From contig JAYOTF010000002.1 of assembly GCA_038150265.1 (NCBI GenBank), forward strand, positions 1 through 64,000: 64,000 nt of DNA, in the 5' to 3' direction. The stretch's first letter is position 1. Each line of letters starts with the position of its first letter. Positions 49,762 through 59,247 of this stretch are shown here, one piece after another. The stretch is from Deltaproteobacteria bacterium. GTDB lineage: Bacteria > SAR324 > NAC60-12. The notes beneath the pieces were generated by a model. That model did not search any database. It saw nothing but the letters and a program-made list of their open reading frames with translations, and had not been told where the DNA came from. The position numbers and the translations under genes were made by a program.

Positions 49762-51651
49762 TCAGGCGTGAGCCAGCTGGGCCTCTTCCGAGAGGCTTTT
49801 GAGTTCTTCAAGGTCCGCTTTTCCTGGCCCGGTGAAGGCTTCCTGGGCAGGCTTGTGCGCTTCCTGCTCAAACACTTCCCGGAAGGACTTGGCTGCCAGG
49901 TACTCGGTCTGAATCACAAAACGTGCTCCTGAGCCATAGAGTTCAAGGGTCTCCTGGTGAGAGGAGGTGGCGGCAATGAAGGGCACTTCCGGAGAGCGTT
50001 CCTTCAGCCAGCGGGCAATGCCCATCTCAGCTTCCTGGCCACCGTCCATGCACGAGATCACCACCTTGGCCTGATCAAAGGCCATGCTTTCCCAAACATC
50101 CGGGTCCTGCATGTCGGAGTAGTGTGCGTGGATGTTGCTGTGTCCATGCTGGTTTTCGAAGTATTCGGTGATATCCGGATCCAGGTCGAGGAGCAGAACC
50201 TGTTGTCCCCGCTGGGCGTAGAAGTCGGCAATCTCGACGGCCAGGTCGTTGTACTCCATGATGACCACATGGTTTTCGAGGACCAGGTCGTGTTCCCCTT
50301 CGTGCTCGGTCTCTTCACGCGTCCGGCGTCCGTCCATGAACTTCAGTGGGCCAGAGAGGGCGTTGTAGATCTGATCCATGAACTGGTGTCCCAGAGACGA
50401 CAGGAAGAAGGTGGTCAGGACGACAATCGTGATCACAATGAAGAGGTGCGGATCAAAGATCTTGTACTGGAGGCACAGGACCGAAAGCATGAGGGAGAAC
50501 TCAGAGGACTGGTTGATGATCACCCCCATCAATAAGGAGGGGCGAGATTCCAGCTTGCTGAGGTAGCCCAGGGTCAGCATCAGCGGAATGGTGCCGATCA
50601 CGACCGGGACAATGGCGAGGATGATTCCGTCCATCAGTCCACCGAGCACCTGATCCACCTCCAGTCCGGAGATGTCAAAGCCCAGACCAAAGAAGAACAG
50701 CATCACGCCGAAGGCCTTCAGCGGCTCCACCTTGTCTTCAATCTCATGCCGGTACGGCAGAGCGGCCAGAGTGGCGCCCGCGAAGAAGGCTCCGATTCCG
50801 GAGGAGAAGTGCACGACCTCACAGAGTCCGGCCACGCCCATTCCATACCCGAGGGTTCCGATGAAGAGGAGCTGCGGGGAGCGAGCAAAGAACTTGAAGA
50901 GCGGACTGAGGATGTGCTTGGTCACAAAGTAGAGGATGACGGCCAGGATGATCATCTTGCCGAAGATCAGGCCGACCTCCACTCCCAGGACCGGAGCTTC
51001 TTCGCCTGGAGCCACGGGCTTCAGCACTCCGAGGATGGCAAGGGCGACCACCGCGGTGATGTCCTGCAGCACCATCAGGCCCAGTGCAATCTGTCCATGC
51101 TCCTGTGCAATCTGTCCGGTTTGCTTGAGGTTCCCCACCACCAGGATGGTCGAGGAAAGGGTCAGGCAGATCCCGAAGTACAGCAGCGCCGCTGTGGCGT
51201 TTCCTTCCGGAAGCCCGGCGTTCCGCATGTATTCGGCATCAATGCCCATGTAAACGATACCAAATCCGACACAGACGATCAGCAAACCGATGATCTGCCC
51301 CATGCCGTTGATCAGGAGCAGCTTCCAGCGCTTGATCAACCCCGGAATGTCCACTTCCATTCCGGCCATGAAGAGCAGGAGGGTGATGCCGACGTCCACG
51401 AACGCGGTCATCACGTTCGTGTTGATGATCTCCTTGAAGCCAATGGCGCCTCCAATGATGCCAACAATGATGAAGGCAAAGAGGCTGGCTTGTTTGGCGT
51501 AGCTCAGGATGATTGCAATGATTGCAGCCGCCAGGAGCATGGCTCCCAGAGGCTCAATCAAATCCGTTCCGCCCCCGCCACCAGCCGCATAGGCTGGCAG
51601 GGCCAGTACGAGTGATCCCAGCAAGATGATGAGGCGTGCCATATGGTTCAT
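49762..51651 (-). CDS. CPA2 cation:proton antiporter with RCK/TrkA-N domain
   Basis: GITLLLFMAGME, LSSTILV, LMVLQD, GAFFAG, QSSEFS, RCK domain. Confidence 0.9.
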   Translation of the reverse strand: MNHMARLIILLGSLVLALPAYAAGGGGGTDLIEPLGAMLLAAAIIAIILSYAKQASLFAFIIVGIIGGAIGFKEIINTNVMTAFVDVGITLLLFMAGMEVDIPGLIKRWKLLLINGMGQIIGLLIVCVGFGIVYMGIDAEYMRNAGLPEGNATAALLYFGICLTLSSTILVVGNLKQTGQIAQEHGQIALGLMVLQDITAVVALAILGVLKPVAPGEEAPVLGVEVGLIFGKMIILAVILYFVTKHILSPLFKFFARSPQLLFIGTLGYGMGVAGLCEVVHFSSGIGAFFAGATLAALPYRHEIEDKVEPLKAFGVMLFFFGLGFDISGLEVDQVLGGLMDGIILAIVPVVIGTIPLMLTLGYLSKLESRPSLLMGVIINQSSEFSLMLSVLCLQYKIFDPHLFIVITIVVLTTFFLSSLGHQFMDQIYNALSGPLKFMDGRRTREETEHEGEHDLVLENHVVIMEYNDLAVEIADFYAQRGQQVLLLDLDPDITEYFENQHGHSNIHAHYSDMQDPDVWESMAFDQAKVVISCMDGGQEAEMGIARWLKERSPEVPFIAATSSHQETLELYGSGARFVIQTEYLAAKSFREVFEQEAHKPAQEAFTGPGKADLEELKSLSEEAQLAHA

Positions 51652-52107
51652 GCTCCCTGATGATGAGGTTCCTCAAGATAGACTTTCAAAAAAGCCCTTA
51701 ATATCTATCGACTTCGCCTACCGAACGCAATAGTTTCCTAGGTTTTTTTTCGGATTGCCGAAAAGCGCCAAAGATGCAAAAGAAGCACCTAACTGAACCA
51801 GAGTTGCACTCTCTGTAAAAAAAATATCCGGAAAATAACCAAATTACTCAAAAGGAAAAAAGCGGAAGCAACGAGGCCCCGAACCTTGATTCCGGGGAGC
51901 ACAGGCCGATTCCAGGCTTCCGAACCGAGGCAGAGGTTCCGAAAACTTGGTGAACGCTGGGCTTAAAAAAACAAGAAGGCGTCAAGAAAGGAAAAGAAGC
52001 GGAAAAGGATTCCGAAGCAACTTAGGGGAGGAAGAGCGAAGCGCTTTTGTTGAGAAAAGCAGGGAAAGAAAAGAAAGGAAGGAGTTGATCGGGAGATCAG
52101 AAAAGGA

Positions 52108-52193
52108 TGGTGCCGAAGAGGAGACTCGAACTCCTACGGGCGTTGCCCACTACCCCCTCAAGATAGCGTGTCTACCAGTTCCACCACTTCGGC
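52108..52193 (-). tRNA. tRNA-Leu(GAG)
   Basis: Reverse complement GCCGAAGTGGTGGAACTGGTAGACACGCTATCTTGAGGGGGTAG..long variable arm..GAGTTCGAGTCTCCTCTTCGGCACCA. Confidence 0.96.
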
Positions 52194-52263
52194 ACTGCAA
52201 TCCACTAAAATAAGCCCTCCCAACACGGAATGCAAGCAGATAATGAAAAAAGAGCGGACGGGC

Positions 52264-53880
52264 TCATGTCAGCTCGCGTGCCTGGTCACGGAGGACGTGC
52301 TTCTGCACCTTGCCAGTTGAGGTTTTGGGCAACTCTGCAAAGACGAAGGTTTTCGGGCACTTGAAGTGCGCCATCTCCTCTCGGCAGAAGGCCACGAGCT
52401 CCTCTTCAGTCGCCTGCTGCCCGGGCTTGAAGGTCACAAAGGCACAGGGCGTCTCGCCCCATTGGGAATCCGGACGTGCCACCACGGCGGCCTCCAGGAT
52501 GGCCGGGTGCCGGTAGAGGGTCTCTTCAATCTCGAGGCTGGAAATGTTCTCCCCTCCGGAAATGATGACGTCCTTGGAGCGGTCCTTGATTTCCAGGTAC
52601 CCGTCGGGGTGCATGACGGCGAGGTCTCCGGTCTGGAACCATCCCTGGCCCAGCACGGCCTCGGAAGCCTCCGGGTTCTTCAGGTAGCCCTTCATGACGG
52701 TGTTGCCGCGCAAGGCGATTTCTCCCAGCGTTTGCCCATCATGCGGCACGGGCTGTCCGGAGGCATCCAGCACTGCTGCCTCACTGAGGCTCGGGTAAAG
52801 GACCCCTTGCCGAGCATTCTTGCGGGCCTGTTCCACCAGTGGCAGGTCGTTCCACTCCGCTTGCCACTGACAGATTGTGGCAGGACCATACGATTCCGTC
52901 AGGCCATACAGGTGGGTGACCCGGAAGTTCATGGGCTCCATGGCGGCAATCACCTGACTCGGTGGCGCTGCGCCGCCGGTGGCAATCACGACCGGATGCT
53001 CAAAGCGCAGAGAGGCTGCTTCCGGAGCATTGGCCAGCGCGTTGAGGATGATGGGAGCCCCGCAGAGGTGTGTGACGTGGTGCTTGCGGATGAGCTGAAA
53101 CACGGCCTCTGGTGTGAACTTGCGGAGGCAGACGTGCGAGGCTCCCATGGCAGTGACCCCCCAGTTGAACCCCCACCCGTTGCAGTGAAACATGGGGAGC
53201 GTCCAGAGGTAGGTGGACTCGGGCTGCATGCCCAGCATCATGGGGTTGCACAGCCCCGCGAGGTAGGCGCCCCGGTGGTGGTACACGACCCCCTTGGGAT
53301 TTCCGGTGGTGCCAGACGTGTAGTTCAGGGAGATGGCCTCCCACTCGTCAGCGGGCCGGTGTGGCTCAAACTCCGGATTTCCTTCCTGCAAAAAGGCTTC
53401 ATACGTCCGGGAGCCCAGCAACTCGCCCACCGGCTCGTCATCAATGTCAATCACAAGCAGGTCCCGGGGGCACTGCTCCAGCGCCTCTCGGATGACCGGA
53501 GAGAATTCTCGGTCGGTGATCAGGACCTTGGCCTCGCCATGCTCGAGGATGTGAGCAAGGGTTCGGGCGTCCAGTCGAATGTTGAGGGCATTGAGGATGG
53601 CCCCCGCCATGGGCACCCCGAAGTGGGCTTCCAGCATTGGCGGAATGTTCGGGGCCATCAAGGCGACGGTGTCCCCGGGCCCGACCCCATGACGCTGTAA
53701 AGCCGAGGCCAGGCGTCGGCAGCGGGCGGCCAGCTCCGGATACGTCCACTGCTGGTCCTGGTAGAAAACCGCAGGCTTGTTCCGGTGGATCCAGGCGGCG
53801 CGGTCGAGGAAGTCGATGGGGGTGAGGGGCTGGTAGTTGGCAGGACGTTTGGGCAGGTGTTCTTCAGAAAAATGGTTCAT
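52264..53880 (-). CDS. Acyl-CoA synthetase (AMP-forming; 3-methylmercaptopropionyl-CoA ligase-like subfamily possible)
   Basis: YTSGTTGNPKGVVYHHRGAYL, LPMFHCNGW, YGLTE, TGDLA, SGGENISS, PKTSTGKVQK. Confidence 0.92.
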   Translation of the reverse strand: MNHFSEEHLPKRPANYQPLTPIDFLDRAAWIHRNKPAVFYQDQQWTYPELAARCRRLASALQRHGVGPGDTVALMAPNIPPMLEAHFGVPMAGAILNALNIRLDARTLAHILEHGEAKVLITDREFSPVIREALEQCPRDLLVIDIDDEPVGELLGSRTYEAFLQEGNPEFEPHRPADEWEAISLNYTSGTTGNPKGVVYHHRGAYLAGLCNPMMLGMQPESTYLWTLPMFHCNGWGFNWGVTAMGASHVCLRKFTPEAVFQLIRKHHVTHLCGAPIILNALANAPEAASLRFEHPVVIATGGAAPPSQVIAAMEPMNFRVTHLYGLTESYGPATICQWQAEWNDLPLVEQARKNARQGVLYPSLSEAAVLDASGQPVPHDGQTLGEIALRGNTVMKGYLKNPEASEAVLGQGWFQTGDLAVMHPDGYLEIKDRSKDVIISGGENISSLEIEETLYRHPAILEAAVVARPDSQWGETPCAFVTFKPGQQATEEELVAFCREEMAHFKCPKTFVFAELPKTSTGKVQKHVLRDQARELT

Positions 53881-53905
53881 GTGTTCCCCCTGTGAAACAA
53901 AGCGG

Positions 53906-54301
53906 TTAGTCCAGAAAGCGGTCACGCCACTCCGGTTGTGGCATCCAGCAGGTGTCGGGTCGGCCAAACCAGCGGATCCGGTGGCGAGCCACCCAATCAT
54001 ACACGGCATCGCGCCAGCGGGTGGGCAGAATCCGGAAGCACCCCAGCCAGGCCCAGGGCTTCCGGAGCCGCATCGCGACCCGCAAGGCCGCTTCGCTGCG
54101 GACGAAGCACCCTCCGGGCTCCTCAATGAGGACGAGGCTGTCGGTGGTCTGGCGGTCGAGGTGGTGGCGCTCAAGCAGCTGTCGCCCCAACGGGCTCTGC
54201 AAAGAGGCAAAGCGAAACTGGGCATCCGGATCATGCTGGAGGACGAACTGCACGGAGAAGTTGCAGAGGGCGCACTCTCCGTCATAGAGCAGCAGGCTCA
54301 T
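53906..54301 (-). CDS. DCC1/DUF393-family thiol-disulfide oxidoreductase
   Basis: LLYDGECALC, FASLQS, RDAVYDWVARHR..FG..C. Confidence 0.88.
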   Translation of the reverse strand: MSLLLYDGECALCNFSVQFVLQHDPDAQFRFASLQSPLGRQLLERHHLDRQTTDSLVLIEEPGGCFVRSEAALRVAMRLRKPWAWLGCFRILPTRWRDAVYDWVARHRIRWFGRPDTCWMPQPEWRDRFLD

Positions 54302-54618
54302 TCCGGCTTTTTGCGGGTTCGGGGGCGAACGATCGCCTTTTCCTTCTTGGGCTTTTCCTTGGGAGGCGGCTCGGTCTTTTCCGGTTTCTTGGCGCGTTTC
54401 CGGACCTGTCGGGTCGCTTGGCCAATCCAGGAGCTGACCAACTCGCTCCGTTCCTTTCCCACAATCTGACACAGAGCATCAAGTTGCTTGAGGGCTTCTT
54501 CAGAGAGCTGAAGCTCCACCCGCACCCTCCCTTTTTGCTGCAAGCGTTCGCGGTAGCGCTGTTGACGCTGCGCCCCGGTCAGAGGAGTCCGTTTGAATGA
54601 AGAGGAGGAAGTGGGCAT
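54298..54618 (-). CDS. Small basic protein, ribbon-helix-helix-like
   Basis: AQRQQRYRER..GRVRVELQLSEEALKQLDALC..RSELV; ATGA coupling to the DCC gene. Confidence 0.65.
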   Translation of the reverse strand: MPTSSSSFKRTPLTGAQRQQRYRERLQQKGRVRVELQLSEEALKQLDALCQIVGKERSELVSSWIGQATRQVRKRAKKPEKTEPPPKEKPKKEKAIVRPRTRKKPE

Positions 54619-54716
54619 GATCAAGAGCAGGTAATGGTTGGCAGAAGCGCTCACCCGACCCAGACACGGTGCCACATTTGTCCCTAAACCTCAATGAAAG
54701 GCCGCGGGCGGAGGCC

Positions 54717-55415
54717 TCAAATGAGGAGGGCTTCGATGAGAACGCAGCGACAGGCCTGCTCCGCTAGGTAGACCGACGCTCCTGCCAGGCAGAGAAAGGG
54801 GGCAAACGGAAAGGGCCGGCTGAGGGCTTCTTGCCCCGTCCGGAGTCCCTGCCACCCACCCCAGAGCGCCCCGAGAAGCGCGGCAAGGAAGAGGATCACC
54901 GGCAAGCCGAGGCTTCCGCTCCACAAGCCGAGCAGCCCCAGCACCGCGCCATCGCCTGAGCCCAGGCCTTCGCGCCCCCGGAGGGTCTCATAGACGACCC
55001 CGACCCAATACAGTCCCCCAGCCCCGACCAGCAGGGCCAGGATTCGATCGGGAAGGAGGTGGGGCGCAAAGGCGATCAGCCAGCTGACCTGTAGCAGCGC
55101 GCCCAGCAGGAGCAGCCGCATCTCAATGAGCAGCACCTTGGAGTCAAGCCAGGCGAGGCCCGTCAGCGTGACCAGCAGAATGCCGTCTTGCAGCAACAAG
55201 GGAGACGGTCCCCGAAGCCAAACCAGCAGTGCCGCGATGCTGGTAAAGCTGAGGCTGAGGACGAGGGGCGAGAGGGGGAGCGGTGCAGGAACGGAGTCTG
55301 GAAGGGGGGCTTCCTCCAGCTCGTGGGCGAGGGTCTGGTTGAGGTGCCGGGTGAGCATCACGGCTGCCAGCAGCGCAACGGACGTGGCCAGGGCCCAGGT
55401 GCCCACCAGCAGCAT
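54717..55415 (-). CDS. A24 prepilin-peptidase family membrane protease
   Basis: WLD, GREGLGSGD, PFAPFL; no N-terminal CxxC pairs. Confidence 0.78.
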   Translation of the reverse strand: MLLVGTWALATSVALLAAVMLTRHLNQTLAHELEEAPLPDSVPAPLPLSPLVLSLSFTSIAALLVWLRGPSPLLLQDGILLVTLTGLAWLDSKVLLIEMRLLLLGALLQVSWLIAFAPHLLPDRILALLVGAGGLYWVGVVYETLRGREGLGSGDGAVLGLLGLWSGSLGLPVILFLAALLGALWGGWQGLRTGQEALSRPFPFAPFLCLAGASVYLAEQACRCVLIEALLI

Positions 55416-55424
55416 GCGAACCGC

Positions 55425-56195
55425 CTAGCGCTGGCGACGGAGGTAGTCCAGCAGCGCCGGAACCACCAGCTCGGCACTCCAGAGGCCCCGGTCAAACTTC
55501 ATCTCGGGAAGGATGGTGTAGCGCCCGAAACGCATCTGACGTCCGGACTCCCGGACCGAGAGAAACCGGGGCTCGGAGGTGGCGGTGATCAACTGCATGG
55601 GCGTGCTCAATTCGCCCAGGTGGTCCCCGATGCCTTCCCAATGGACAGAAGCATTGAGGCTGTGGGCGTACGCCGAAGGGGTTCCCTCTGCCAGCTGTTC
55701 AAGTTGTTCGGGGGCAAAGGCTTCATCCACCCGGCACCGATCCAGGTAGCCCTGCAGGTTCCCTTGCTGCAGCAACGCCACGCCCTCTTCCTGGAGGGGC
55801 AACTCATCAATGAGGGGGTAGGCATGGGCCGACATGGTGTTGAGGGTCCGGATCACCTGCCGGTGTGAGACCGCCATCTGAAAGCCCACCTGGGCGCCGA
55901 GCCCGACTCCGATGAAGTGGGTGTAGTCCACCCGCATCTCCTGCAGCACCCCAAGGACGTGGGCAATCCGGGCATCCATGGAGTAGGCCTCCGGATCTTC
56001 CGGAGCATCGCTGCGTCCCTGGCCCAGCGGTTCAAGCGCAACGATCCGGAAGATCGACTCCAATTGTTCAATGTAGCCGGTTTCCTGCCAGTAGTTTTCG
56101 GTGACCAGGATGGGGCCGTGCAGCAGCAGGTAGGGCCCCCGGTCTCCGTAAAGCTCGTAGTGGATCTTCTGGTGGTTGATGACGACAAAAGGCAT
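55425..56195 (-). CDS. Alpha/beta-hydrolase fold protein, probably non-catalytic
   Basis: IHYE..G.GP.LLLHG, GQGRSDAP, GVGLG at the nucleophile elbow. Confidence 0.78.
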   Translation of the reverse strand: MPFVVINHQKIHYELYGDRGPYLLLHGPILVTENYWQETGYIEQLESIFRIVALEPLGQGRSDAPEDPEAYSMDARIAHVLGVLQEMRVDYTHFIGVGLGAQVGFQMAVSHRQVIRTLNTMSAHAYPLIDELPLQEEGVALLQQGNLQGYLDRCRVDEAFAPEQLEQLAEGTPSAYAHSLNASVHWEGIGDHLGELSTPMQLITATSEPRFLSVRESGRQMRFGRYTILPEMKFDRGLWSAELVVPALLDYLRRQR

Positions 56196-56209
56196 GTTGG
56201 TTTTGCAGG

Positions 56210-57271
56210 TCAGAGGCTGGTTGCAAGACGCAGTCGGGTTTTCATCTCGTCCAACTCTTCCGGAGTGGGCTGATGCCGCCACCTGCGGTGAAACCACGCC
56301 CATTGGTCCGGGTACGTCCGGAGGAGGGCCTCCATTTGGCGGTTCAGGTGCAGGCTGACGAGGAACTGGTTCTGGGCATCGTCCACCTCCGGAAGGCGCG
56401 TGAAGCTCCCCCAGTTTTCAAAGCGGAGCCGGAAGCGTCCGTTGGGCTCACGGAGGATCAGGTAATTGACCACCGGGGCACCAGTCCGCAGGGCCAGGGC
56501 GGCTGCGCTTTGCGGCGTCTTGGCGGGGAGGTTGAAGAACGGCACCCAGTGGCTGGGGACGTTGGTGTCCTGGTCGATGGCCAGCACAAACACCTCCTTG
56601 TCCTGAAAGCAGCGGAGCAGCTTTCGGGTGGCATGCGGGTCACCGCGGCTGATGAGCTTGAGCGCCCCGCGCTCCCGGATGCTCCGGATGGCCTCGTTGA
56701 GGCGAGGGTCTGGCACATTGGTGGTAGACGCAGACATGGGAACCCCGGAGATCCGCGAGTAGATGTTGATCAGCTCCCAGTTTCCCAAGTGCAGGCCGAG
56801 GAGGATCACCCCCTTCTGCTGAGCGAGGGCCTGCTGCAGGGCGTCTTCATTTTCGAAGATCAGGCGCTCTTCTGCAGCCTGATCAATCTGATCCATGCCC
56901 AGGAACTCGAACAGCAACTGCCCAAAGTTTTCGAAGCAGGCCTGGAGCCAGGCTTCCCTTTGGGCATCAGACGCCTCGGGAAAGACGTGGGCCAGCTGGG
57001 TTTGGGCGATGCCCCGCTCCTTGGGAAAGAGCTTGAGGGCGATGCGTCCCAGCTGCTTCCCCAGCGTTTGCAGCTGTTCCAGCGGCAGGCGTTTTCCCAG
57101 CCAGGTCCCTCCTTGAAAGAGCCGCCACTCAGCCGTCCGGCGCCAGTGCGCCATCCGCGACGAGCGGTGGTGCCGAAACGCCTGGTAGTCAATGGCACTC
57201 CCGTCCGACTGCCAATGCGCCTCAAAGGCAGACTCGCTTTCCGTGGGCTCAGAGTTGGGCATGCGCTTCAA
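56210..57271 (-). CDS. Lipid A late acyltransferase (LpxL/HtrB family)
   Basis: GVILLGLHLGNWE, DQD, VPFFN.PA.T, YPDQWAWFHRRWR. Confidence 0.9.
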   Translation of the reverse strand: MKRMPNSEPTESESAFEAHWQSDGSAIDYQAFRHHRSSRMAHWRRTAEWRLFQGGTWLGKRLPLEQLQTLGKQLGRIALKLFPKERGIAQTQLAHVFPEASDAQREAWLQACFENFGQLLFEFLGMDQIDQAAEERLIFENEDALQQALAQQKGVILLGLHLGNWELINIYSRISGVPMSASTTNVPDPRLNEAIRSIRERGALKLISRGDPHATRKLLRCFQDKEVFVLAIDQDTNVPSHWVPFFNLPAKTPQSAAALALRTGAPVVNYLILREPNGRFRLRFENWGSFTRLPEVDDAQNQFLVSLHLNRQMEALLRTYPDQWAWFHRRWRHQPTPEELDEMKTRLRLATSL

Positions 57272-58631
57272 TGTACTCCCGAACCGCCTCGGCAGTGGCG
57301 GGCAGGACGGTTTTTCGCGTTTCCTGGCTCGTCAGGGCCTGAAGCTCAGCGGGCAATTCCAGCGGGGTGTGGGTCGCTCGCTCAACGGCTTCGGCAAACT
57401 TCGCAGGGTGCGCACAGGCCAGCGAGATCACGGGTCCTTCCAGCTGAAGCGTCTGCGCCGCGTGGATTCCGGTGGCCGTGTGGGGGTCCAGCAGGTAGCC
57501 GTGGTCGCGGAAGGTCTGCTGAATGGTCTCCAGAATGTCCTCATCGGAGGCTCCGGCGGAGTCGAACTCCCTGCGGGCTTCAGCAAGCAGGGGCGCCTCA
57601 ATCGTCAGCTTTCCGGTCTCCCGGAAGGTCCTCATCCAGTTCCGGATGGTGGCGGCATCTCGTCCAGCCAGCTCAAAGAGGTAGCGCTCGAAGTTGCTCG
57701 AGATCTGGATGTCCATGGACGGACTCAGCGTTGGTGTGACCGTGGACTGGTGGTAGGCGCCTGTGCTGAAGAAGCGGTGGAGGATGTCGTTCTGGTTGGT
57801 GGCCACGACCAGGCGGTTCACCGGGAGGCCCATCTGCTTGGCGTACCAGCCGGCCAGGATGTTGCCGAAGTTCCCGGAAGGCACCACAAAGGAAACCGGC
57901 GCTCCCTTGTCACTGACCCGGAACCAGGCATAGAAGTAGTAGACGATTTGGGCAAGAACCCGCGCCCAGTTGATGGAATTCACAGCGCCGAGGTGGTACT
58001 GGCGCTTGAAGTCCAGGTCTCCAAACAGGTCCTTGACGATGTTCTGGGCGTCATCGAAGAAGCCCCGGACCGCGAGGTTGTGGATGTTCGGATCCAGCAC
58101 CGTTGTCATTTGCCGTTCCTGAATCGGGCTGACGCGGCCTTCCGGATGCAGCATGAAGACTTCCACGCCGGAACGTCCACGCATGCCATGAATGGCTGCG
58201 CTTCCGGTATCTCCGGAGGTGGCCCCGAGGATCCGGAGCGGGTGCTGGCGCTTCTCCAGGAAGTGTTCAAAGAGGTTGCCAAGAAACTGCAGGGCCACAT
58301 CCTTGAAGGCGAACGTGGGGCCGTGAAACAGCTCGAGGACGAAGCGGTCTCCAACCGGCTTGACGGGGGTGACTTCCGGGGTCCGGAAGCTCTGGTAGCT
58401 CCGCTCCAGCAAATCGCGCAGGGTCGCTTCCGGAAGCTCGTCTTGCACAAAGTGCTTCAGGAGGGCGGTGCCCAGCTCCGGAAAGCTCAGGGGCCTCCAC
58501 GCTTCCAGCTCCTGACTCAGGTCCGGAAGGGTGTCAGGAACCAGCAGGCCTCCGTCTTCAGCGAGGCCCATCATGACGGCCTCTTCAAAGGAAAGCCCTT
58601 CAACTTGTCCGCGCGTGCTGCGATAATGCAT
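57249..58631 (-). CDS. thrC: Threonine synthase
   Basis: YRSTRG, GLAEDGGL, ELFHGPTFAFKDVALQ, ATSGDTGSAA, NSINWAR, VPSGNFGN, AHPAKF. Confidence 0.97.
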   Translation of the reverse strand: MHYRSTRGQVEGLSFEEAVMMGLAEDGGLLVPDTLPDLSQELEAWRPLSFPELGTALLKHFVQDELPEATLRDLLERSYQSFRTPEVTPVKPVGDRFVLELFHGPTFAFKDVALQFLGNLFEHFLEKRQHPLRILGATSGDTGSAAIHGMRGRSGVEVFMLHPEGRVSPIQERQMTTVLDPNIHNLAVRGFFDDAQNIVKDLFGDLDFKRQYHLGAVNSINWARVLAQIVYYFYAWFRVSDKGAPVSFVVPSGNFGNILAGWYAKQMGLPVNRLVVATNQNDILHRFFSTGAYHQSTVTPTLSPSMDIQISSNFERYLFELAGRDAATIRNWMRTFRETGKLTIEAPLLAEARREFDSAGASDEDILETIQQTFRDHGYLLDPHTATGIHAAQTLQLEGPVISLACAHPAKFAEAVERATHTPLELPAELQALTSQETRKTVLPATAEAVREYIEAHAQL

Positions 58632-58708
58632 GGATTGATTCGTAATGAGGTTCAATTTTGAGAAGACTGGTGCGCTGCACGCCCCCGTTTTCTAGAAAGG
58701 AAGGTCCG

Positions 58709-59242
58709 TTGTCAAGTTGGAGAGCATGGTTGCTGGGATTGGGACTCGTGTTGTGGGGACCTCTGCTTTGGGCTCAGTCGGCTCCGGTGTTGCCCGAGTT
58801 TCAGCTCTATCACTCTGTGGGAAGCCGAGGTAGTTCTTATACCACACTTGCTGGAGGCTTGGCCATTCATTTGTTTGAGGAATCCGGAGGCCCGTCACGG
58901 TACCTGCACGTGCTGGCGCTGCAGGTGCCCGGCGCGCGGCTGAGCTCCTTTCACCCGGAAACCGATGGGCAGGGGGTGGAGTTGGGGGTGCATGACCAGT
59001 GGACGGTGCCTGCAGGAAAGGCGGCGACTCTTTCAGTCCGGCACCTTGAGTGGAAGGAAGCCGCGCCGGAGTCCGGAGTGGGGAAGGCGTCTCTGGATGC
59101 CCTCCACATGGGCTGGAGCTGGGAGACCGGAGTGGCCCCGTGGGTGGTCTGGCTGTTCGGGCTGGATCTGGTCACGCTGCACCTCCCGCATGATCGTCCC
59201 ACCGAGCTTCAGCTGGCACTGGGGTTCCGGTCTTCCTTCTGA
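58709..59242 (+). CDS. Hypothetical exported protein, possible small outer-membrane beta-barrel
   Basis: SD AAGGAAGG then TTG; signal-like LLGLGLVLWGPLLWA; alternating strands; C-terminal LQLALGFRSSF. Confidence 0.5.
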   Translation: MSSWRAWLLGLGLVLWGPLLWAQSAPVLPEFQLYHSVGSRGSSYTTLAGGLAIHLFEESGGPSRYLHVLALQVPGARLSSFHPETDGQGVELGVHDQWTVPAGKAATLSVRHLEWKEAAPESGVGKASLDALHMGWSWETGVAPWVVWLFGLDLVTLHLPHDRPTELQLALGFRSSF

Positions 59243-59247
59243 GGATC

